From Chiloscyllium plagiosum (taxonomy: Eukaryota), in the NCBI RefSeq assembly GCF_004010195.1, contig NC_057750.1, forward strand, positions 11,507,144 to 11,571,143: a stretch of DNA of 64,000 nucleotides. The letters run 5' to 3'. The translations under genes and the position numbers were made by a program. Numbering within the stretch: the first letter of the stretch is position 1; the number at the start of each line of letters is the position of its first letter. Positions 40,561 to 53,739 of the stretch are shown piece after piece. A model generated the notes under the pieces. The model was not told where the DNA came from. It did not search any database and saw only the letters and a program-made list of their open reading frames with translations.

Positions 40561-41803
40561 ACCTCCTCATGAATGCTTTTAGTTTAGCCAACAAGTATTT
40601 AAATGAGTACTAAACACACATCTTCTGGTTTGGAGGCATAGGTGTTACGTCCTGAACCACAAGATATATTTGAAAGCAACTGGTATGTGTCTGCCATGTT
40701 TAAAAAGGTTTTATTTTAATCTTTAAAAATGGTTAGGAAAGGCTAGTTTTTATTCTGGATTTTTTTCTGGATCTGATTGATATGCAATTTGCTCATATTT
40801 CGTTTGCTGGTGTGGGATTATAAGAAAAAGGCAAGAGATTGGCACCCAGTTAAAATGTTCAGAGAGCTGGCACAGACATAATGGGCTGAATAGTCTCCTT
40901 CTGCATCATAATATTCCTGTGATTATGTTCTGTTCAATATTGGGGTATTCTGATTTGGTACCCACTCACTACTCCTGCAGTTGTGGGCAGATTAAGGTGC
41001 AATACCAAATTACACAATTGACAAGTAACCATTGATGTCTCGGGAAATCATTTCTCTCTGACCACAGAAAATTACTATCTAAAGCAATTGAATCAAGTTG
41101 CTGATATTAAGCCACACAGATCTCAACACCCTGTGTTTAGTGGGTACTACAGGAAATAAAAACAGACTGCTTGTAATCACCCACTATCCAGTGGCATATG
41201 AGAAAAGTGCGCATGTATTTATATATGAAGTTGGTAAGGGCAAGGACTTGGGATATGGTAGTCCCCATGAATTGCTTGATTGTTTTCTTATATTTATGTC
41301 CGACTGTTAAAAGGTGATAGAGCCCAAGGAAAAAAAGTTGCAGAAAAGGGAGGAAGAAAGTGGTGAGATGGTTACTGTTAGCATATAAAGTTTCAAATTA
41401 ACTCCCCAACAGTTCTGGAATTTCCTTGCAGCAGCTCTGCAGTTGCCATCTGTGCCACTCCTGCTATGGCTGCCAATTAACTGCTGTCTCATTTAGATTC
41501 ATGTGACAGTAATTAACTTCTACTGCAACCATCTCATTTGCACATAAGTGGGGTGCTTTCTAAGGTAGCAGTGAAGACTTTGGTAAAACATAATTTGATT
41601 GTCAAGTGAAAGGAGACCTTTGTGACTATAAATATCAGGCTCTTTGAAGGTCATGTCTGCAGCTTTAAATAATGCATCATTACTTCTAAAAAAAAACGTT
41701 ACCAGTTCCTCTTACACTGCCACACTTGAAATGGTCCAGTTGTGAGGTTTGAATGACTGCACATTTAAAAAAATGTATCCCTCTCTCTTTCCCTCACTTC
41801 CAG

Positions 41804-41876
41804 AGTTGCAGAAGATCAAGTGAAGAGAATCATAAGGCAGACACTGCAGGCTGTCAACTTCTGTCATAAGCACAAT
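41804..41876 (+). CDS. CDKL1-like: CDKL1-like coding exon 3 (VAEDQVKRIIRQTLQAVNFCHKHN)
   Basis: Long pyrimidine tract plus cag acceptor, AAT|gtaagt donor, 73 nt. Confidence 0.96.
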
Positions 41877-42797
41877 GTAAGTGTGAAGGGAAGAGTCTAA
41901 GATGGTACCAGGGATGGGCAGTACATTTTCATGTCTGGAATGCCTCTGCAGAAACAGATTCAACAGTCAATTTCAAAGAGAATTGGATAAACATTTAAAA
42001 GACTGAATTTATTGTGAACACCACCACTTTGTACCATTTGCAGGTACAAAGGTTAGCTGTGCCACGTAATTGAAAAGTTACAAAATAACAACAGCCAGGA
42101 ACCTTATCTCTTTTTCTTCCACCTGTTTAAAATGCATGTTTCAGCATTTGTGGCCAATGCAAGAAGTTTCCAGTGCTGCCAGATCCAGTCGCTCCATCCA
42201 CTCAGCCAAAAACTAACCAATTGCGGATCCAACAAAGAAGCAACTATCCGTCACCAGCACTCATACTGCTTATGATCCAAACACTGCTGGCACTGAGCCT
42301 GCGCACTGCCATCCACCACAGCAAATTTTGGCCAGGTGGTGAAGGGAAGCTCCCCCTCAACCCTGTCTCCTCAATCCCCCTCCTGTGATCCCACAGCTGG
42401 TGATGTCTGATGTCACTGCTTACAGAATACAGTGGCGGTGACGATACATTGACAGGTGTTTCCTGTGTCCTGTCTTCATGGCTGACTTCACAGTCTTCTT
42501 TTACACACGTGCAGTCAGTAATTTTGGCTTTCAGATTAGTCACTCCATATTTAAAATAACTACTTGCAGGTCTTTGAGAAAAGGACAGTACGAGTGCAAC
42601 TAATTCATAGCTCTTTCAAAGAGGCATGAATGATTAAATGTAAGCTGCTTCTTAAGCTCAGGCATGGCAAGTGTTGTTGGTCAGTACATCGGTAGCATAT
42701 TTCCCCAACATCCAGTGCACCAAGCCAGTGTCTATAGCCAGTGAGTATAGATCAGCTTGAATTATCAATAACTGCTAAAATCGCTGCAGGCTTGCAT

Positions 42798-43050
42798 AAC
42801 CTAAGAGACAACTTTTTCACACAGAGGGTGGTGCATGTATGGAATGAACTGTCAGAGGAAGTGGTAGAAGCTGATACAATTACAACATTTAAAAACCATC
42901 TGGATGGGTATATGAATAGGAAGAGTTTAGAGGGATAGGGGCCAAATGCTGTCAAATAGGACTAGATTTATTTTATATATCTGATCGGCATGGACAAGTT
43001 GAACCAAAGGGTCTGTTTCCATGCTGTGCAACTCTATGACTCTGACTCTC
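42798..43050 (+). mobile_element. CR1/HER1 3' end
   Basis: NFFTQRVVHVWNELSEEVVEAD peptide, 3'UTR and (tatgactc) tail. Confidence 0.88.
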
Positions 43051-43653
43051 CCACTGTGGTGGGATATCTGGCCATTGCTCTGTTTTGGCTGGTCGGTGAA
43101 ATAATCTCAGGATGCAACCACATTAATTTGCCGTGTGAAACTAGTTCTATAACTGAGTTAAACAGTAATGCATATCCAGGTAATGTCAGATTGAAGTCCT
43201 ATCTAGCAGAGAAGGATGGCAGCTTGCTTTTTCTTCATTTGAGCGTTAATAATTTTCTAGCAGTTTTCACAGTCAGTTTTTGAGTGAAGCCACCTTTGGT
43301 TTCACAACCTCACCATAATGGGATTTCCACTTGACCTCTGGGTTGCCACATATTCCACCATTAACCCAGTACAGGTAGGATTGACTCTGAAGGAGTTGAG
43401 TGAAATTATGCCAATTGGTTCTTTGTGGAGCCATGAGCCAACAGCACAAAATACTGACTATGCATTCTGTGGTAAATGGCAATATATTTACCTCACCATG
43501 TCAAGCCTTGGACAAATGAATAAATTGCACGAATTGCATGCTGACTCCAGTTCATTGGAGCAAAACACGTGACTTTAGGTGCTTGGTCTGGGTTATTCTT
43601 ATGCCGCAAACTTGTTTACAGCTGCTGACTGACTTTCCACGACTATTTCTTAG

Positions 43654-43827
<174 letters not shown>

Positions 43828-44094
43828 TGAAGAGATTTTTAACATTTAAGTTACCCAATGTTGCATTTCAGGGTCTCAACTTTTGAAAAAGAATAAAACT
43901 TTGAGCAAATATGTGGAATCTCTTATTTTGGCCAGGCCAGCAATAATTTTCCAATGAATTATAATTACAGTGATGTGAACAACTGTAGATTTCCCCTAAC
44001 TGCTGTAAACTGTCCGTGGCATGAAAATCTGATTATCTGTGTAAACGTTGTTAAGGAGAATATGTAGATTAACATTAATATGAAGGATGTGGTG

Positions 44095-44845
44095 GGATTT
44101 TTGCAAGGTTTGTAGCTCAGGTTGAGGTTTAGGGTGTAGGTTTGCTCGCTGAGTTGTAAGTTTGATATCCAGACGTTTCATTACCTGGCTAGGTAACATC
44201 ATCAGTGGTGACCTCCGAGTGAACGAAGCTGTTGTCTCCTGTTTTCTATTTATATATTTGTCCTGGATGGGGTTCCTGGGGTTTGTGGTGATGTCATTTC
44301 CTATTCGTTTTCTGAGGGGTTGATAGATGGGATCTAGATCTGTAGATTTTGTAGATGATGTTGGTTTTGTCCATGGATTGTACAAAATTCCATGCAAGGA
44401 CTACCACAAACACTAAGTAGGACAAACAGGAAGAAAGTTAGCCACCAGGATACACGAACACCAGCTAGCCACAAAAAGACACGACCCTCTCTCCCTCATA
44501 GCCCTACACACGGATGAAAAAAACACCATTTCGACTGGGACAACACATCTATCCTGGGACAGGCTAAGCAAAGACATGCCAGAGAATTCCTAGAGGCCTG
44601 GCACACTAACCACAATGCCATAAACAAACACATAGATCTAGATACCATCTATCAACCCCTCAGAAAATGAACAGGAAATGACATCACCACAAACCCCAGG
44701 AACCCCATCCAGGACAAACATATAAATAGAAAGCAGGAGACAACAGCTTCGCTTCACTTGGAGGTCGCCAAGTGATGTTACTTAGCCAGGTAATGAAAAG
44801 TCTGGATATCAAACCTACAGCTCAGCGAGCAAACCTACATCCTAA
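44095..44845 (+). mobile_element. Penelope/Poseidon-type element (family C): inverted pLTR, GIY-YIG endonuclease remnant, pLTR, with 8-bp TSD
   Basis: ATGTGGTG at 44087-44094 and 44846-44853. About 44125-44340 is an inverted copy of about 44635-44845. The internal peptide reads YKIPCKDYHKH*VGQTGRKLATRIHEH...FDWDNTSIL...AREFLEAWH. Confidence 0.88.
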
Positions 44846-45449
44846 ATGTGGTGAGATGGTTACAAAATATATAGGTCAGTTTAAATCTAGATGTGTGGAA
44901 TATGGATTGAGTACAACCATCAATAACACAATAGCAAAGTAGGTAGAATGACTAGGCTGGAAGAATCCAGAGGAAAGATTGAAGTGGGTGGTGTTACATT
45001 GGAACAGGGTATAAGCTCATCAATGTTAGGACAAGTTATAACAGATAATATTCAGCAAGTTAGAAGAACGATAGAAATAACCAAAATTAATTTTGTGAAG
45101 ATGAAGGAGCAAGGGAAAAACATCAATATGGTGCTACATTCTCTCCACTTTTCTACATGCCTCAAAACTTTGAGTGATCAGTAAACACATAAGACAGAAC
45201 TTGTGGAATAAAATGGAGGCCATTTAAATGAGGATGCTAAGACAAGAACTGAAAATTCTGTGCATAGACCACAAAACACATGAAGAGATACATGAAATTA
45301 CTTGAGCAGAAAGAACTCTTTTTAAAACTGATGTCTGTATTTCAGCCACTTAATCAAAGCTGAAAAGCTGCTCTCTTCTAGCAGGTAAAGTGGAGAGCAG
45401 CAGAAAGGGGGAATCAGCCAAGGCACAGTTGGATCATGGATAGTGACAG

Positions 45450-47930
45450 TTAAACAATAACAATATACTTTCAAGTCAGGATAATATGTGGCTTGGAGGG
45501 GAACCCGTGGTTGGTTGGTGTTCCTTTGCACATGCATTCTTCTTCCTCTGAATGGTACCTGTCGCAAGTTTGGGAGGTGCTATTGAAGAAATAATGGTAA
45601 GTTATTGCAGCACATCTTATAGATGGTGCACACTGCCGTCAGTGCACAATTGGTGAAGATGGTACATAAGGTGCCAGTCAAGCAGGCTGCTTTGTCCTGG
45701 GTGATGTTAAGTTTCTTGGTTATTGTTGGGGCTGCATTCACTCAAGCAAGGTGAGAGTCCATCACACCCCTTTATTGTGCTTTATAGAAAGTAAACAGGT
45801 TTTGGGAAGTCACAAGGTGATGTGTTCTCCACAGAATTCCAGCCTCTGGCCTGTTCTTGTAGGCACAGCATTTACATGACTGGTTCTGATCAGTTTCTGG
45901 TCAATGGTAAGTCCTTGGATATTGATCACAAGGGATTTATCAATGGTAATGCTGTTGAACAACAAGGATGATGGTTAGATTCTCTCCAGTTTGATATGGT
46001 CATTTTTCGACACCTGTGTGGCGCAAATGTTAATTACCATTTATCAGCCCAAGCATAGATGTTGTCTGGATCTTACTGCATATGGACAATGATGATTTCA
46101 GTATCTGAAGAGTCACAAAAGGTGCTGAACATTGTGCATTCTTCAGTGCACATATGGCTTGATGGAGGGAAGGTGTTTGCTGAAGTACTTCAAGGTGGTT
46201 GGGTTAACAAGCTACCCCAAAGAGCTCCTGCACTGATCTCCTGGGGTTGATATAATAGACCTCCAACAACCACAACCATCTTCCTTTGTGACAGATATGA
46301 CTCCAACAAGAGGAGAGTTTCTTCCCCCTTTCCAATTCCTACTGATTTCAGTTTTTCTGAGACTTCTTTAAGTTTTACTTGGTCAAATTCTTTTGATGTT
46401 GAGAATAATCACAGTCACCTCACCTCTGGAGTTCAGCGCTTTTGTCTGTTAGGACCAATGCTGCAACAAGGGCAGGAGTTGAGTGGCTCTGGCAAAACCT
46501 ACATTGGGTGTCAATGACCAGATTTCTGCTGAGCAACTGCCTCCTAATAGTGCTGCAAATGACCCCTTTCACTATTTATGTGTTCAAATATAGACTGATA
46601 GGACAGTAATTAGAATCATAGAATCCTCAAAGTGATACAGGCCCTTTGGCCCAATAAGTCCACACCGAACTTCTGAAGATTAACCACCCAGACCCATTCC
46701 TCTATCCTATTACTCTACATTTACCCCTGACTAATGCCCCTAACCTACACATCCCTGCACATTACGGGCAATTTAGCATGGCCAGTTACCTAACCTGCAT
46801 TCGTTGGAGTCATTTCTGGCAGAAAGTAAGAATGTTGGAGGTCAGTCGTCATAGCTGCAGGACATCTCTGGAGGAGTTCCTCAAGGGAGTGTCATAGGCC
46901 CAACCATCTTCAGTAGTTTCTTCAAAGGACTTCCCTCCATCATAGGGTCAAATATGCGGATGTTAGCTAATGATTACAGTGTTCAGCAGCACTTGCGACT
47001 ACTCAGGTACTTAAGTATTTCATATCCAAGTGCGGTGAGACCTGGACAATATCCAGGCTTGGGAGACAAGTGGCAAATAGCATTTGCGCCACATAAATGT
47101 CAGACAATGATCATCTCTAACAATAGAGAATCAAACCATCGTCCTTCAATATTCAATGGGGTTACCATTGCTGAATCCTCAATTATCAATATGTTGGGAT
47201 TACCATTGACCAGAAACTGAATTGGACCATCCGTATTAATACAGTGGCAACAGAACAGGTCAGAAGCTAGGAATACTGCAATGAATAACTCACTTTCTGA
47301 CTTCCCAAAACTGTCCACCATCTGCAAGGCACAAGTCAGGAGCGAGTATTGGGTAGGGGAATAGGTCTGGGTGGGTTACTCTTCGGAGGGTCAGTGTACA
47401 CTTGTTGGGCCGTAGGGCCTATTTACACAATGTGGAGATTCTATGATTCTAATTACCATCCTATCAGTCTACATTTCCCTAGATAAGCGAAGCTCCAACA
47501 ACACTCAAGAAGCGAAACTCTGTGTGGGATAAACAGATCACTTGATTGCCACCGCATCCATTTTATTTTTACCACTGACTCTCAATCACAGCAGTATGTA
47601 CCAACTACTAGATGCAATGCAGAAATTCACCAAAGTTCCTCAGACAGAACCTTCCAAACCTAGTATCATCTGGAAGGACGCAAGCAGCAGAAACTATACC
47701 ATCAAACACTGCAAGTTCCCTTCCAAGCCAATCACCATCCTGATTTGGAAATACATGGCCATTCCTGAAGTACCTCTGCTTTACAGTCCTCGATAACAGT
47801 GTTATAAGTCTGTTATACAGCACACAGACAGCAACAGTTCCAGAAAGCAGCTCACCAACACATTCTCAATAGCCTCTAGGGATGAGCAATAAATACCAGC
47901 CCAGCCAGCAATGCCCATGAATGGATTAGA
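45450..47930. mobile_element. Cluster of old CR1/L2-group LINE fragments (45450-46610 -, 46810-47930 +) with HE1 SINE pieces (46612-46800 -, ~47345-47452 +)
   Basis: GVPQGSVIGPTIF-like RT segment near 46870. The HE1 tails match the 6420 and 61161 copies. Confidence 0.65.
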
Positions 47931-48634
47931 ATTCCTTAAAAATGTCGTCCAAATTGGATTTGTCCTTTTTGTGAACAGAACATAGTTGAGCAACTTTCCT
48001 GATTGCTAGGTAGTTTCCATTGTAGTGAAACAGCTTGACTAAGGGCGCAGCTAGTTCTGGAACACAGTCCTCAGTATTATTGCTGGAATGTTGTCAGCAC
48101 CCACAGCCTTTTCGCACCTGGCACAAAGGAAGATGGTTGTGGTTGTTAGAGGTCTATCATGTCAGCCCCAGGAGATCACTGCAGGAGCTCTTCAGGGTAG
48201 TTTGTTACCAGTGCCTTCAGCCGTTCCTTGACATCTGACTGAAAGAATCAAATTAGTATCAGTGATGCTGGAGATCTCTCATGGAGGGTAAAATCCTGTG
48301 CTAATATTTACAGCACGACCAACATTGTTAAAGACGGATTATCTCATCATTTCAGTATTACTGTTGTGAGATCTTATGATTTGAAAATTGGCTGTCAAAT
48401 TTCCTACCTTGCAATAGTGACCACATTTCAAGAAAATTTAATTGGCCGTAAAGCATTTTGGACGGCATGCTGAAGTCATTGGAAGTTTTTCGTTTACGTA
48501 CGAGAGAGACAGTTGACAAACTGGAGTGAATGGGCCCAAGTCACCTGAGAGGTTTAAAGTAGGTGCCCCTCTTGGGATCCCTACTGTTTCTTTTAGGGAA
48601 ATGTAATTGACCTGGTCTGACGTTAACATGTTAA

Positions 48635-48967
<333 letters not shown>

Positions 48968-50349
48968 TGAATAAGTAGTGAATGCTCCAAAGAGGTTCCA
49001 AACTGATTAGATCTTTGTGACAGAATGCCATCATCAAGGCAGTTTAACTACAATATTGTCATCATTTTGAAGTATTTCATGTTTGAACTTTAAAGTCAGA
49101 AGTGCATTGATAATTCCATCTATAATAAAGTCTGATTTCTTTAAATAGTCTGGTACTAGACATTTTTATGTCCAGTATCTTATTTGAAACCCCACTAGAA
49201 ACCATAATATATCATTTTGAGCATTTGATTGGCTCTGTGGGGGACAATGAGCTCAGAATATGTGAGGAATTCCACCTTAGCTAACAAGCTCATGTTCATG
49301 AGGTTCCCACTTTGCCTGATGAATGTCCAGTCTCAGCACCAGTCCTAGCTATAGCCATGAATTCTTTAACATTGCCATCCCTCTCTAAGGCTAAGCAAAG
49401 TTCCATTCTGCACCCTGTTTCCATCTGGCCTCAGCATGGGGTTAGCAGTGTGTGTCGGTACACTGGAAGTCCATCAGCGACATCCTAACCCTTTATCTCA
49501 AGGTTGACAACTTTGGTTAGATGTGTATCTGGAGTTTTAGCGCATGACTTCCTGCAACCATCACTATTGTGTCAGTAGTCACCCAGAATATGGTGCTCTG
49601 CTGTCCCATGGCCAGTGGAAAGTGAACTCCTGCTTAGTCGAGTCTTGGTTGCCAGTTGACAGCCTCAACACTCCTTCTCTAGGATATCCAAAGAAAATGA
49701 AAAACATCTTTTTAAATATCCTTACGATTTTTCTCCAGACTTTCTTGTAGCAATGTCCAGGAATTCAATCAATTGTCCTGGAGACTGTTGGCAATCTCCA
49801 TCATCACTATACATCCTCCCATACACATTTGCAAGGCATCAGCAACTGGAAACATTGTGAACTAGTGTAAGAAAAAGCTTGCAGGCTAGATTCACACTTC
49901 CAATATTCCACTCTTGGACTTTGGACCCTCAAAGGGTCCATAACATTGGGGTTCAGTGACATTTTGCGCTCCTGAGTTAAGCTGATTTACTGATTCTACA
50001 ATACTGCACACTCCGATCCCTGCCATCCTAGTGGATGAATGTAAAAGCAAACCAATGGAGATCTGAAACAAAAACAGAAGGTGCTGAAGAAACTGAGTGG
50101 GTCTGGCAGCACCTGTGGAGAAAGGAACAAATAACATTTTATATCCAAAATGGCTATTTTTCAGAAAGCCAAAGAGTTCCATAGAAGTAACATATCAGAT
50201 TCAACATTAACTGTTCCTGTCTCTACAGATGCTGTCAGACTTCCTAAGTTTTCCCAGCTCTTACTTTTTTTTTAACTTCAGTATGAGGATACCTCGATAT
50301 TTTGCTTGATGTTGTGCCTCATTTTATAATTTGTATTGACACTGTGTAA

Positions 50350-50472
<123 letters not shown>

Positions 50473-51075
50473 TAAGTGAAATGACCTCCATTTCTAAAGT
50501 GTCTCAAACAGCCTTGGGATGTCCCAATGCATTTTAAAGCCAATGAGATACTTCTAAAATGTAGTCACTGTCGTGGGAAATATGGTAGTCAATTTAACAC
50601 AGGCACTTCCACACAGATAGCAAAGAAAAACTACAATTAATTGACTTTAGTGACCTTTCTTTAGACGGTATTAAAGACAGCTCTTCTCTCCTTTGAAATA
50701 GTGCTTTGTGGTGCCCTGTAATCTTTCATAGTCTCTTTAACGTCCCATCTGAAAAACAGTGAATGGAATTTAAATCCTTTTCTTTTCTCTCTTTTTCTCT
50801 TCACCAAAGCTACATGTGAGTTTGACGGTAGGAAGATCGTTCTGTAAGGTGGGAATGTGGAAATCCCATTGCCTTCCTGCCATAGTTATGATTAAGTCCA
50901 TGACAAGAAAGTTTGTAGATGGTATGACCACCCTGTCACTTAACTGAGGCCCTCAAGTGGACATTTAGTGTCCACTCAGAGGCCTTATCTCACCGTCATT
51001 GGCAGCCATCCAGCAATGGACAAGTTAATTCATTATGCCTGAAGCCGGGTGCAATGAAGATCAGTCAGAGCACTA

Positions 51076-51495
51076 GAGTCATAGAGATGTACAGCATGTA
51101 AACAGACCCTTCAGTCCAACCTGTCCATGCCGACCAGATATCCCAACCCAATCTAGTCCCACCTGCCAGCATCCGGCCCATATCTCTCCAAACCCTTCCT
51201 ATTCATATACCCATCCAAATGCCTTTTAAATATTGCAATTGTACCAGCCTCCACCACATCCTCTGGCAACTCATTCCATACACATACCACCCTCTGTGTG
51301 AAACAGTTGCCCCGTAGGTCTCTTTTATATCTTTCCCCCTCACCCTAAACCTGTGCCCTCTAGTTCTGGACTCCCCGACCCCAGGGAAAAGACTTTGCCT
51401 ATTTACCCTAGCCATGCCCTTCATAATTTTGTAAACCTCTATAAGGTCACCCCTCGGCATCCGACGCTCCAGGGAAAACAGCCCCAGCCTGTTCA
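51076..51495 (-). mobile_element. Young 5'-truncated CR1/HER1 insertion abutting the exon 7 acceptor
   Basis: Close reverse-complement match to 28470-28895. CACTA is present on both flanks. Confidence 0.92.
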
Positions 51496-51529
51496 CTAAT
51501 TCTGCTGTTTGTTTGTCTGACCCACCCAG

Positions 51530-51586
51530 GAACCGTTGGAGGTGAAGTTTCCACACATATCTGCTCAGGCCCTTCACTTAATGAAG
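51530..51586 (+). CDS. CDKL1-like: CDKL1-like coding exon 7 (EPLEVKFPHISAQALHLMK)
   Basis: cccacccag acceptor, AAG|gtgagt donor, 57 nt. Resembles recalled CDKL1 EPLELKFPNISYPALGLLK. Confidence 0.95.
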
Positions 51587-52133
51587 GTGAGTGAACAGTA
51601 TCAGCTGCCCACAAGCTTCTACAATGTGAAACATCCCAAATATCACTGTACTGGGAAAGATACACAGAACACATTGATCAATTTGGAGGTGCTCACAATA
51701 TTAATTTGGGCTGTGGAATTAACAAAACAAAAACTGCCATGGACGACTGTTCCATCTGGTACTACTTGCTTACATTAAAGCTATTAATGTATCAGAAACC
51801 TTACCTCTGTCTATCTAACTGTATTGTGAAAACCATACCTCTTATGGCAACATTTCAATACATAATCAGAATTTTGTTACAATCGTATTATATATATATA
51901 ACCTCACTTCTGACTTCCAGCTCCCAAAAACCTGTACAACATCTTTTCAGCACAAGTCAGGAGTCCCATGGAATAGTCTCCATTTGGAGCTGTACTCATC
52001 CAAGCAAGTAACTCCCCAGTCTGATTATCTATACTCATGCATTCTCGTACGTGCACTCTCATCCTGATTTAGACTTCACCAATAAACTACTTATTCTCTA
52101 TTTTAGTGCTCTGTGCCTCTCCTAGCATTTTGT

Positions 52134-53729
52134 GCAGAGTCAAAAGGTGTTGTGCTGGAAAAGCACAACAGGTCAGGCAGCATCCAAGGAGCAGGAGAAT
52201 CGATGTTTAGTGCATAAGCACATCATCAGGAATGTGGGTGGCAGGGTGGCTGACAGATAAATAAAGAGGGGGATGGGGCTGGGGGAAGGTAGCTAGGAAG
52301 GCGATAGGTAGATGTAGGTGGTGTGTGATGATGATAGGCTGGAGCAGAGGGTGGAGTGGATAGGTGTGAAGGAAGATGGACAGGTGGGACAGTTCAAGAG
52401 AGTGATGCGGAGTTGGAGGGTTGGATCTGTGATGAAGTAGGGGGAAGAGAGATGAGGAAACTAGGGGAAGAGAGATGAGGAAACTAGTGAAATAGACGTT
52501 GATGCTGTGTGGTTGGAGGATCCCAAGGCAGAAGATGAGGTGTTCTTCCTCCAGGCGGTCTAGTAGCTAGGATTTGGCAGTAGAGGAGGCCCAGGACGTG
52601 CATGACCTTGGCAGAGTGGGAAGGGGAATTGAAGTGTTCAGCCACAGGGTGGTGGGATTGTTTGGTGCATGTGTCCCAGAGATGTTCCCTGAAACATTCC
52701 ATGAGTTGGTGTCCTGTCTCCCCAATTTAGAACAGACCACATCAAGAGCAACGGACACAGTAGATGAGGTTTGGATGTGCAGGAAGATCTCTGCCAGATG
52801 TGGAAGGATCCTTTGGGACCTTGGATGGAGGTGATAGGGGAGGTGTGGGCACACGTTTTATACCTCTTGCGGTGGCAAGGGAAGGTGCTGGGTGTGGAGG
52901 GTGGGTTTGCGATGGGCGTGGACCTAACGAGGGAGTCATGGAGGGAATGGTCTCTGTGGAATGCTGTTAGGGATGGGGTGGGAAATATATCTGCGGTGGT
53001 GGGGTCTGACTGTAGGTGGTGGAAATGTCAGAGGATAATGTGCTGTACCCAGAGATTGGGTGGAAGGTGACTACTGGGGTGCTTTATCCTTCTTGTGGTT
53101 GGAGGGGTAGGGTTCAAGGGTAAATGTGAGGGAAGTGGAGCAGAATCCCTGGAGGGCATTGTTGACCATGTGGGAGGGGAAATTGCAGTCCTTGAAGTAG
53201 GAGGCCATCTGGTATGTTCTGGAGTGGAATTGCTCATTTGGGAGTAAGGGATAGCATTTTTATAGGGGAGGGGGGTGAGGAGGTGTAGTCCAGGTAGCTG
53301 TGGGAGTCAGTGGGTTCGAAGTAGATGTCTATGTTGAGTTGCTGGAAATGGAGACAGAGAGGTCCAGGAAGGGGAGCGAGGTATCCAAGATGGTCCAGGT
53401 GAACTTAAGGTCAGAATGGAAGGTATTCGTAAAGTTGATGAACTGTTCAACCTCCTTGTGGGAGCATGAGGTGGCGCTGATATGGTCATCAATGTAGCGG
53501 AGGAAAAAGTGGGGAAATGGTGCCAGTGTAACTACAGAAGATGGACTGTTCCACATATCTGATGAAAAGGCAGGCATACCTGGAGCCCATGGTTACTCCT
53601 TTAGTCTGAAGAAAGTGGAAGGATTTGAAGAAGTTCTTGAGGGTGAGGACCAGTTCAGACAATCAAATTAGTGTGTCAGTGGAGGGGTTCTGGTTTGGTC
53701 AGCGGGAGAGGAAGAAACTGAGGGCTTGG
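52134..53729 (-). mobile_element. Penelope-like retroelement (family A), 5'-truncated: RT C-terminal part, GIY-YIG endonuclease and pLTR
   Basis: FLRYIDD...FTNTFHSDLKFTW...LPFLDL (PLE RT) and NLIYCVRCS...FREHL...PVAEHFNSPSHS (GIY-YIG). 10-bp TSD AGCATTTTGT at 52124-52133 and 53730-53739. Confidence 0.9.
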
Positions 53730-53739
53730 AGCATTTTGT

